This document shows positions 1 through 6,616 of a stretch of 20,000 bases of DNA, piece after piece; position 1 is the stretch's first letter, and each line of letters opens with the position of its first letter. This DNA is from an uncultured virus (IMG/VR IMGVR_UViG_3300023174_000069) (lineage: Duplodnaviria; Heunggongvirae; Uroviricota; Caudoviricetes), in IMG/VR virus record IMGVR_UViG_3300023174_000069. One strand, written 5' to 3'. The notes beneath the pieces are model-generated. The model had not been told where the DNA came from. It saw only the letters and a program-made list of their open reading frames with translations, and searched no databases. The translations under genes were made by a program, and so were the position numbers.

Positions 1-2
1 CA

Positions 3-104
3 GAATTCATGGAAAATATCTTTGAGATGTTAAAAGTTGCTCACGTTACCAGCGACTCTGATTCTGATCAAGATAGAAAAGAAGAGGAAGTATTAGCCAA
101 CTAA
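3..104 (+). CDS. 3' end of a gene truncated by the window edge (..EFMENIFEMLKVAHVTSDSDSDQDRKEEEVLAN*)
   Basis: Open frame from position 3 to TAA at 102-104; acidic C-terminal tail. Confidence 0.6.
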   Translation, partial: EFMENIFEMLKVAHVTSDSDSDQDRKEEEVLAN

Positions 105-107
105 ATA
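101..107 (+). promoter_or_regulatory. Putative T4-like late promoter (CTAAATA)
   Basis: Variant of the TATAAATA late consensus, 5 nt before ATG 113; the same motif recurs upstream of structural genes in this window. Confidence 0.5.
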
Positions 108-112
108 TTTGT

Positions 113-436
113 ATGAGTTTTGATAAACAAATATTTTTAAATTATCTGTATAAGCTATCCGAGTCTTCCATGGACTACAAGTATGCTTATTCATATATGG
201 GGTCACTAGATGTTCCTAAAAAACAGTTTTCTTCAAACTGCAATAAGTTTTCGTCTGAATTGGCTAAAATATCGTCAACAAAATCTTCATATCAGAAGCA
301 AATATTAAAATCCATATCTATTAATATCAAGAATGAAAATTTGTTGTTAGCTCAAGATTTAATAGACAAATTGGATTCAGGAACAAAAAAATTAATACCC
401 ATACATATTTTGCATTTTGTTGCTAGAAATTCTTGA
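113..436 (+). CDS. Hypothetical protein (107 aa)
   Basis: ORF fills the space between the upstream gene and the tmRNA promoter; no recognisable family. Confidence 0.7.
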   Translation: MSFDKQIFLNYLYKLSESSMDYKYAYSYMGSLDVPKKQFSSNCNKFSSELAKISSTKSSYQKQILKSISINIKNENLLLAQDLIDKLDSGTKKLIPIHILHFVARNS

Positions 437-460
437 TTTTTTCTTATTTTTATATATACT
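433..460 (+). promoter_or_regulatory. Sigma70-like promoter for tmRNA
   Basis: TTGATT (433-438), 16 nt, TATACT (455-460), 9 nt upstream of the tmRNA 5' end. Confidence 0.55.
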
Positions 461-469
461 AGAAAATAC

Positions 470-866
470 GGGCCTGCGTAGTTTCGACTTAATGCTCGGA
501 GCTATTTCCCACAACACGATGATAGTCCTTGGCATCGTAATAAATGGACTAACGTTTAAGTGCAAACTTTAACGAATCTGCTTACGCCTTAGCCGCATAA
601 GCCGTGATTTATAGATGTTCTGCTAGTTACTCTATAAATTGCGTAAGTCAAACTAGCGGTGCTCACAGATAACCATCCGTTATGTGAGGTTAAAACCTAA
701 TCTTGGGTGAGAAAGCTGATTGATCAGCCCCTTGTGACTGAGAGTTGTTTGAACGGAATGTCAACAGGGTTAAGTGCCTGAAAAGCAAGAAAGTTCAAAC
801 TATTGTTGTACACGGAATAGCAAAGACATTATGGACATCGAGTGCGACTCTCGATCAGGTCCACCA
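470..866 (+). ncRNA. ssrA: tmRNA (one-piece), tag peptide ANFNESAYALAA* at 562-600
   Basis: 5' GGGCCTG (470-476) pairs with CAGGTCC (856-862) with a G.U at pair 3, then ACCA; 5' TTTCGAC motif; T-arm ATCGAG-TGCGACT-CTCGAT; resume codon GCA at 562 and tag ending YALAA-TAA. Confidence 0.97.
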
Positions 867-872
867 ATTTTT

Positions 873-1196
873 ATGACGAACACTAGATTATATATTTTGT
901 CCATATTTTTTGGACTTCTTCAAATTGCAGACGGTGTGCTAACGTATATAGGCGTTACCCGTCTAGGTATTTCAGCCGAAGGAAACCCACTGGTTGGATA
1001 TTTCATTCGACTTTTAGGACCATTTCAAGGATTATTTTTTGTTAAGACCATAGGAATAATAGTTATATTCATCATAGGTGTTCGATGCATCAGAGCCGAA
1101 GATAGAAAATGGCTACACAATTTTTTGGTGTCTATGATAGGGTTTTATGTAACTTTTGCAATTATTCCTTGGGTGTATGTTTTAAGTAGAGTCTGA
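873..1196 (+). CDS. Small multi-pass membrane protein, DUF5658-like
   Basis: About three hydrophobic helices with the D-x-x-LTYIG...EGNP motif. True start probably ATG 873, because the track's 774 start lies inside the tmRNA. Confidence 0.7.
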   Translation: MTNTRLYILSIFFGLLQIADGVLTYIGVTRLGISAEGNPLVGYFIRLLGPFQGLFFVKTIGIIVIFIIGVRCIRAEDRKWLHNFLVSMIGFYVTFAIIPWVYVLSRV

Positions 1197-1197
1197 T

Positions 1198-1524
1198 ATG
1201 ATATATGAAATTTATGGAAATACTAAGTTTGAAACAGATCTTTTAAATAGCTCTGATATAATGAATTTAGTTATGGACGAAACTTTTGCCAAAAATCTTT
1301 ATGCATCATTGTGTAATAAAATATGGGTAAAAAATGATGAGAAGTTTTCTGCATCTTGGCGTTATGCAGGAGGTTTAGTTGCAAATTTAAGAAATGTCGG
1401 CGGTGGACTAAATGAAGATTACTTGGATTTTTATCTATCTGGGAATGAGGGAGAAGTTTTCCCAGATGTGCTAGATGTTTTATCCAAATTAGGATGGACA
1501 AAAACCGATTATGTTGATTGCTAA
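1198..1524 (+). CDS. Hypothetical phage protein
   Basis: Starts 1 nt after the upstream stop; motif-like segments FAKNLYASLCN, SWRYAGGLVA, DFYLSGNEG. Confidence 0.8.
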   Translation: MIYEIYGNTKFETDLLNSSDIMNLVMDETFAKNLYASLCNKIWVKNDEKFSASWRYAGGLVANLRNVGGGLNEDYLDFYLSGNEGEVFPDVLDVLSKLGWTKTDYVDC

Positions 1525-1527
1525 ATA
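1521..1527 (+). promoter_or_regulatory. Putative late promoter (CTAAATA)
   Basis: Motif overlaps the stop codon and lies 4 nt before the start of a 13-bp closing stem. Confidence 0.55.
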
Positions 1528-1531
1528 CTAT

Positions 1532-1623
1532 TGGGTTACTTGCTAGGGAGTGTTTTTATCGTTTCCTGCTCCGAATCTGATTCTGTAGCGGAACGGTGTC
1601 AAGAGTCAGAAGCAAGTAGCCCA
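1532..1623 (+). ncRNA. Unassigned structured RNA: three-way junction with complementary loops
   Basis: P1 TGGGTTACTTGCT/AGCAAGTAGCCCA (1532-1544/1611-1623); P2 GGAGT/GCTCC (1547-1551/1568-1572); P3 TCTGATTCT/AGAGTCAGA (1576-1584/1602-1610); loop segments TATCGTTTC and GGAACGGTG can pair. The G.U pairs favour the + strand. Confidence 0.7.
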
Positions 1624-1637
1624 CTCAAAAGGATTTT

Positions 1638-1850
1638 ATGATGAAAATTTTAACATCAATTTTAACTGTTTGTTTTGTTGTTGCACTATTGATTGGTGTT
1701 GCTCTGTTAGGAAAGTATCAACACAAAAATTTAAATCTTCCTATTTGTTTAAATCAGTGTGGAGATAGTATTTGTTCGCCTATGGTTTGTAGCGGTCAAG
1801 GATGTCCTTGTCCTGAGACAAAATTTTCTTGTCCTGGTGATTGTAATTAG
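1638..1850 (+). CDS. Small membrane-anchored cysteine-rich protein
   Basis: N-terminal TM helix followed by an 8-Cys domain (CLNQCGDSIC...CPCPET...CPGDC); AAGGA upstream. Confidence 0.75.
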   Translation: MMKILTSILTVCFVVALLIGVALLGKYQHKNLNLPICLNQCGDSICSPMVCSGQGCPCPETKFSCPGDCN

Positions 1851-1851
1851 T

Positions 1852-2730
1852 ATGAAATCTTTTAATAATTTTTTGCATGAGTCTATATTAGACCCAGAAC
1901 AATCAAGTTTAAGTTCTGTGGTGTTTGATCTAAACGATGAGCCTAAACTTAAAGATTCTGTAAGAGATGAGATTTTGACTAAAATTGCACATTTAGGCAA
2001 AACAGTTGATATAATCGACTATACTCTGATAGGTAGCATTTTAACTAGACGATTTGCAAACGATTCTGATATTGACATCAATGTTTTGGTGTCAGCTTCA
2101 GATGAAAAAATGAATCAAATTAGAAAAACTGCGGTTGAACTTAGTGGAGATTTTCTTTCAAACACAACACATCCCATAAACTTACATGTTTTAAACGACA
2201 AAGCCGACTATGACAATGCCAATAATTCGGCTGACGGGGTTTTCGACATTAGCAATAATAAGTTTGTTCGCAAGCCTATAGAAAAACCATTTCATATAGA
2301 AAAATATATGAAATTATTTAAAGATGCGATTTCAAAGATTGATATTCTTAAAGACGAACTTAAAGACGATATCGTTGATTACAATGAGTTAAAACATTTT
2401 TCTAAAGACGATATGAAATCTTTACAAAAAGAAATTGAATCAAAAATTAAAGAAATAGAAAGTGATGCACAAGGTTTGGTGAATCTATACGACAACATAA
2501 AAAAACAACGTGCCGATGGGTTTGCAAGATCATTAAGTGCATCCGAAATTAGACAGTATGGTGTTAAAAATAGGCTTCCAGGAAACGTCTTGTACAAGTT
2601 GCTGGAGCGTCATTTGTACCTTAATTTTTTACACAAGATACAAGAGATTCTTGGAGATGATGAAAAACTCTCATCCAAAGAGATAGACCAACTAGATAAT
2701 CTAGTAAAAACACAAAGTTATCAACTATAA
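1852..2730 (+). CDS. Pol-beta-superfamily nucleotidyltransferase-like protein, possibly virion-packaged
   Basis: hGS-x9-DxD signature (IGSILTRRFANDSDIDINVLV) and helical/coiled-coil C-terminus. Likely start ATG 1852, 1 nt after the previous stop, giving N-terminus MKSFNNFLHE. Confidence 0.8.
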   Translation: MKSFNNFLHESILDPEQSSLSSVVFDLNDEPKLKDSVRDEILTKIAHLGKTVDIIDYTLIGSILTRRFANDSDIDINVLVSASDEKMNQIRKTAVELSGDFLSNTTHPINLHVLNDKADYDNANNSADGVFDISNNKFVRKPIEKPFHIEKYMKLFKDAISKIDILKDELKDDIVDYNELKHFSKDDMKSLQKEIESKIKEIESDAQGLVNLYDNIKKQRADGFARSLSASEIRQYGVKNRLPGNVLYKLLERHLYLNFLHKIQEILGDDEKLSSKEIDQLDNLVKTQSYQL

Positions 2731-2738
2731 AATAGTAA

Positions 2739-2767
2739 TTGACAAGACTGTTAGTGTTTGTTATCAT
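2739..2767 (+). promoter_or_regulatory. Sigma70-like early promoter
   Basis: TTGACA (2739-2744), 17 nt, TATCAT (2762-2767) with an upstream TG. Confidence 0.8.
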
Positions 2768-2774
2768 AGTAAAT

Positions 2775-3215
2775 ATGAGAACGAAACTACTATTATCCAT
2801 CATCGCATTAGGTGTTTGCACGTCCGCCAGTGCAGATCCTAGAGACATATATGATAACTATCGCAGTTTCGACAGTGATCGTTATGTTGATTCAAGAGAC
2901 TCAAGCAACTCTTCTTTGAGTTCTGATCAAGAACGCATCATCGCAAATGAGAGGTTTGAGACCGAGATGCTCAGACAAGAGGCTCAGCAAGAAACCTATA
3001 GACAGCAAATAGCCTCCAGACAAAACTCTCAAAGAATTGCGGAAAATTCCAGAGAGATTCAAGAGAATCAACGACGATATGAGAACAACTCAAACATGAT
3101 CAATAACGTAAACCAAGCAGCCAACGCAGCGACCAACGTAGCTAGACAAGCAAAGACTATTGGAACGCTGATGAATGGTGGATGGGACGCATATCGTGAT
3201 GCATTTAATTGGTAA
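2775..3215 (+). CDS. Exported protein with signal peptide, Q/R/N-rich coiled coil
   Basis: MRTKLLLSIIALGVCTSASA|DPR looks like a Sec signal with an A-S-A cleavage site; start at ATG 2775. Confidence 0.75.
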   Translation: MRTKLLLSIIALGVCTSASADPRDIYDNYRSFDSDRYVDSRDSSNSSLSSDQERIIANERFETEMLRQEAQQETYRQQIASRQNSQRIAENSREIQENQRRYENNSNMINNVNQAANAATNVARQAKTIGTLMNGGWDAYRDAFNW

Positions 3216-3250
3216 AAATTTTTAGAATAAGAGATTGGTTTTTATATATA

Positions 3251-3399
3251 GTAGTCTCATAGTAACAGCCCTATTTCGACTAACATGAAGCTGGTAGCGC
3301 ATCAAACTGCTTCTATCTTTGGAAGACTTAGGATTCTGGCTGTGAGTTTTATAAGTCGCTCTTGTGAGCGCAAGAATGGAAAAATGAGCTATGGCGCTT
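3251..3399 (+). ncRNA. Putative structured non-coding RNA upstream of the hammerhead
   Basis: GC-richer intergenic segment with several complementary pairs: TAGTCTCAT/ATGAGCTA, ACAGCC/GGCTGT, GAAGC/GCTTC, CGCTC/GAGCG, GACTTA/TAAGTC. Confidence 0.4.
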
Positions 3400-3472
3400 C
3401 TGCACCTGACGAGCCCTGAAGGGCGAAACAGTGCGTAGACACGGCAACTATCGTGTCTCGCCTGTAGTGCAG
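3400..3472 (+). ncRNA. Hammerhead ribozyme, type I
   Basis: Stem I CTGCAC/GTGCAG; core CTGACGA (3406-3412); stem II GCCC-TGAA-GGGC; GAAA (3425-3428); extended stem III ACAG.GCG.AGACACG/CGTGTCT.CGC.CTGT; cleavage triplet GTA (cut after 3466). Confidence 0.93.
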
Positions 3473-3488
3473 TTATATTAAATAATCA

Positions 3489-3517
3489 TAGACTTGTAAA
3501 AATCTCTGTGTTATTCT
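3489..3517 (+). promoter_or_regulatory. Putative sigma70-like promoter for the ligase operon
   Basis: TAGACT (3489-3494), 17 nt, TATTCT (3512-3517) with extended -10 TG. Confidence 0.45.
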
Positions 3518-3551
3518 AAAACAACCACTTGCTTGTGGTTGTTTTTTTTTT
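3518..3551 (+). terminator. Rho-independent terminator
   Basis: AAAACAACCAC-TTGCTT-GTGGTTGTTTT hairpin running into a long T tract. Confidence 0.85.
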
Positions 3552-3556
3552 ATTTT

Positions 3557-4447
3557 ATGATTACTAGACCACTTTTAGCAGCAACATTAGAAGATTTGAG
3601 CACTCTCAAGTTTCCTGTTTTAGCAACACCAAAGCTAGATGGTATTCGAGTCTTAAAAATAAACGGACAAGCAGTAACAAGAAAATTCAAACTTATACCA
3701 AATGTTCACATAAGAGAGCTGTTAGAAAAGCATTTGCCCGACGGTGTTGATGGTGAAGTTATGACACCTGGCACATTCAACGATATTCAATCAAAAGTCA
3801 TGTCATTCGATGGTGAGCCTGAGTTTACATTTTATGCATTTGATTACGTCAAAGACTCTCTGATAAAACCCTATAAAGATAGAATGCTAGACATGGTGAA
3901 CACTCTTGAGTCTGTTGTAAAAGATTCAACTTTACCATTTTCTATCAATTTATTAACACCAGTATTAGTACGCACCATGCAAGAATTGCTAGAGCTTGAA
4001 TCGCAGTGCTTAGAGCATGGGTTTGAAGGTGTGATGATTCGTCAGCCAGATGGTAAGTATAAATGCGGCCGCTCTACACCAAAAGAACAAATACTCATGA
4101 AACTCAAACGGTTCTATGATTCGGAGGCTCAAATAGTTGGCTTTGAAGAGAAGATGCACAACGAAAACAAGCAGGAAAAGGATGAATTTGGTCTATCAAA
4201 ACGTTCTACTAAAAAGGATGGATTGATACCAGCAGACACACTAGGTGCACTAATAGTTGAAGATTTAAAAACCGGTGTAAAATTTGGTTTAGGATCGGGC
4301 TTTACAGATGAGCTAAAGAAGGAAATTTGGTCACATCGCAAGAAGTACAAGAATAAAATAATCAAATATAAATATCAATCAGTTGGTGTTAAAGACGCCC
4401 CGAGATTTCCTGTATTTCTTGGGTTTAGAAGTAAATTGGATCTGTGA
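3557..4447 (+). CDS. lig: Minimal ATP-dependent DNA ligase (Chlorella virus-type)
   Basis: Motif I TPKLDGIR, III DGEV, IIIa FYAFDY, IV EGVMIR, V LMKLK, VI PRFPVFLGFR; ~296 aa from ATG 3557. Confidence 0.95.
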   Translation: MITRPLLAATLEDLSTLKFPVLATPKLDGIRVLKINGQAVTRKFKLIPNVHIRELLEKHLPDGVDGEVMTPGTFNDIQSKVMSFDGEPEFTFYAFDYVKDSLIKPYKDRMLDMVNTLESVVKDSTLPFSINLLTPVLVRTMQELLELESQCLEHGFEGVMIRQPDGKYKCGRSTPKEQILMKLKRFYDSEAQIVGFEEKMHNENKQEKDEFGLSKRSTKKDGLIPADTLGALIVEDLKTGVKFGLGSGFTDELKKEIWSHRKKYKNKIIKYKYQSVGVKDAPRFPVFLGFRSKLDL

Positions 4448-4501
4448 TTAAAAAATATATTTGAGTTCTATTTAGGAAACATAGTCTTTTGGAGGAAAGT
4501 A

Positions 4502-4735
4502 ATGAAAATTGCCTTTGCTAGTCTCGTTAGAACCAATTTGGGCTTTCCTTCAGAGTGGGAAGGAAAATCCGATGACGATCAAAAGATAAAAATTTCTTAT
4601 CGACATGGTAGAACAAAAGTTTTTTGTAATGATAAATTGATAGCAACATTATCTATAGATCAATTCGATGTTGGTGGATATATGGATGATGAAGTATTAG
4701 AAAAACTGTTAAAAGATAATGGGATGATAGCATGA
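4502..4735 (+). CDS. Hypothetical protein
   Basis: GGAGG SD upstream; ATGA overlap with the next gene. Confidence 0.75.
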   Translation: MKIAFASLVRTNLGFPSEWEGKSDDDQKIKISYRHGRTKVFCNDKLIATLSIDQFDVGGYMDDEVLEKLLKDNGMIA

Positions 4736-4959
4736 AAATTCATACACAAACTACATTTTCGCAAGAAATAGAAAAGCTCGTAAGAGAAAATAAGATTTCA
4801 TATTTTGAAGCGGTGTGTAATTATATGACAACTTATAACATTGAACCAGAATCTGTTCCTCGATTGTTGAATATAAACATTAAGCAAAAAATAGAAGCAG
4901 AAGCAACAGATTTAAATCTTATAAACAGAGGAAAGAAGTCAGCCAAATTTTTGTTGTAA
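4732..4959 (+). CDS. gp33: Late transcription co-activator gp33
   Basis: FSQEIEKLV..ISYFEAV..IEPESV..IKQKIEAEA..LNLI pattern; 33-59-32 synteny. Confidence 0.9.
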   Translation: MKIHTQTTFSQEIEKLVRENKISYFEAVCNYMTTYNIEPESVPRLLNINIKQKIEAEATDLNLINRGKKSAKFLL

Positions 4960-4962
4960 GCT

Positions 4963-5586
4963 ATGAATGCATATGAAGCGTATAAAAAATACGTTGCATT
5001 AAAATTACATTTTCAACGAGAAAATTACGACTATTTTAAATTTTCTGGTGGTGTAAAAGTCTCTCGTGATAAGTTTGAAACTCGCAGAGACAAATATTTC
5101 TTTCAAAGAATTTCCAAATTGTATACTGAAAAACAATTTGAGCAACTGCTAGTCTCAAATTTTATAGTAAATAAAAATGTTTGGGTGGGTGAACTTCTAT
5201 CAGAAGATGGTAGAAAGTTGTACATGAACTGGAAAAAAACCTATCAGAGCTTGGAGTATTCTTTTACTGAAGACCTAAATAAAATAAAAGAAATTATCGA
5301 AACTTCATATGATTTGGATAATTTAGATGATTTGTTTGTCACGAATGATAGTAATAATTGGCCAGAGATAGTCAATTTGGTTGTACAGAACACAATTACA
5401 CTAGAAACTTTTATCATAATGAATAAGATACTGAATTTTATACCAAGAATAGACAAACAAATTGATGATGGACTTGTTTGGCCAGAATTTAGAACTCTTT
5501 GTATAAAATATAGTCCATTTTTGGACATAGATGCAAAAAGATATAAGTCCATAATGAAAAAGATTTTTGTTTCAAAAAATGCTTGA
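4963..5586 (+). CDS. gp59: Helicase loader gp59
   Basis: YVALKLHF..YDYFKF, F..RRDKYFF and ITLETFII motifs; synteny. Confidence 0.93.
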   Translation: MNAYEAYKKYVALKLHFQRENYDYFKFSGGVKVSRDKFETRRDKYFFQRISKLYTEKQFEQLLVSNFIVNKNVWVGELLSEDGRKLYMNWKKTYQSLEYSFTEDLNKIKEIIETSYDLDNLDDLFVTNDSNNWPEIVNLVVQNTITLETFIIMNKILNFIPRIDKQIDDGLVWPEFRTLCIKYSPFLDIDAKRYKSIMKKIFVSKNA

Positions 5587-5591
5587 ACATC

Positions 5592-5620
5592 TTGTATAAA
5601 TCTGTTAGATTGATTATAAC
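5592..5620 (+). promoter_or_regulatory. Promoter(s) for gene 32
   Basis: TTGTAT, 17 nt, TATAAC; overlapping TATAAAT (5595-5601) late-like motif; AT-rich leader with GGAG SD at 5648-5651. Confidence 0.55.
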
Positions 5621-5657
5621 ACTATTATTAGTGAACTATTTTTAATTGGAGAAAAAT

Positions 5658-6602
5658 ATGTCATTTGCCGATCTAAAGAAAAATCAAGGAGTAGCAGGTC
5701 TAAAGAATCTTCAAGACGAACTTGAGAAGATGAATAAGAAGGATTCTGCAACTTCTAGTGACGATGATAGGTTTTGGAAGCTGGCTGTTGATAAGTCTGG
5801 AGTCGGTGCAGCAGTTATCAGATTTCTTCCTGAGTCTGAGGGCGATTCTTTGCCATGGGTTTTGATGTATGAACACGCATTCAAGGGACCTGGTGGTTGG
5901 TATATTGAGAAGTCTAGAACAAGTCTAGGAAAAGGCAACCCAGATCCTGTGTTTGAGTACAACAATCAACTCTGGAACTCTGGTATTGATGCAAACAAAG
6001 AGCTTGCTAGAAAGCAAAAGAGAACGCCTCGATACATCTCAAACATTTTAGTTCTAAAAGATCCTGCTAATCCTGAAAACGAAGGAAAGGTTTTCTTGTT
6101 TAAGTACGGTAAGAAGATCTTTCAGAAGATTCAAGAAGCTATGATTCCTGAATCTGATCCTGTAGATCAGAAAGATCCTCTAAATCCATTCTGTCCATGG
6201 AAAGGAGCAAACTTTAAGCTCAAGTGCAGAAAGGTGGATGGCTATCCTAATTATGATCAGTCAGATTTTTCAAATTCTGAGGCCATTCTTGGTGGGGATG
6301 ATAAGAGAATTGAATCTCTTTGGCAAAGTCAGCACAAGCTAACTGAGCTATTGAACCCAACTCAATTTAAGTCCTATGATGATCTAAAGAAGAGATTAGA
6401 TCGAGTTTTAGGATTGAGTGCGGGAATTAAGGTAGAAGATTCAACCGCATCCGCTTCTGCAACCAAGACCACAACTAGAGCATCAGTTGCCGAAAGCGCA
6501 GCAGATGTTGGTGAGGTTACGACACAAGAAACAACATTCTCTGATGATGAAGATATTTCGGATGATTTGTCCTATTTGCAACAGCTTGCTAATGAGGATT
6601 AA
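5658..6602 (+). CDS. gp32: Single-stranded DNA-binding protein gp32
   Basis: DDRFWK..DKSG.G.AVIRFLP, HAFKGPGGWYIE, EGKVFLFKYGKKIF, GANFKLK, acidic tail; start ATG 5658. Confidence 0.97.
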   Translation: MSFADLKKNQGVAGLKNLQDELEKMNKKDSATSSDDDRFWKLAVDKSGVGAAVIRFLPESEGDSLPWVLMYEHAFKGPGGWYIEKSRTSLGKGNPDPVFEYNNQLWNSGIDANKELARKQKRTPRYISNILVLKDPANPENEGKVFLFKYGKKIFQKIQEAMIPESDPVDQKDPLNPFCPWKGANFKLKCRKVDGYPNYDQSDFSNSEAILGGDDKRIESLWQSQHKLTELLNPTQFKSYDDLKKRLDRVLGLSAGIKVEDSTASASATKTTTRASVAESAADVGEVTTQETTFSDDEDISDDLSYLQQLANED

Positions 6603-6616
6603 TATACAATAGTCGA

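Noticed and set aside
774..872. N-terminal extension of the membrane protein ORF from GTG 774
   Set aside because: It overlaps the tmRNA 3' domain; ATG 873 is the plausible start.
1759..1851. Upstream extension of the nucleotidyltransferase ORF
   Set aside because: It overlaps the Cys-rich gene in another frame; ATG 1852 follows the stop by 1 nt.
3285..3419. 44-aa ORF MKLVAHQTASIF...APDEP in the RNA region
   Set aside because: No SD, it runs through the hammerhead core and has no recognisable protein features; more likely incidental, though not excluded.
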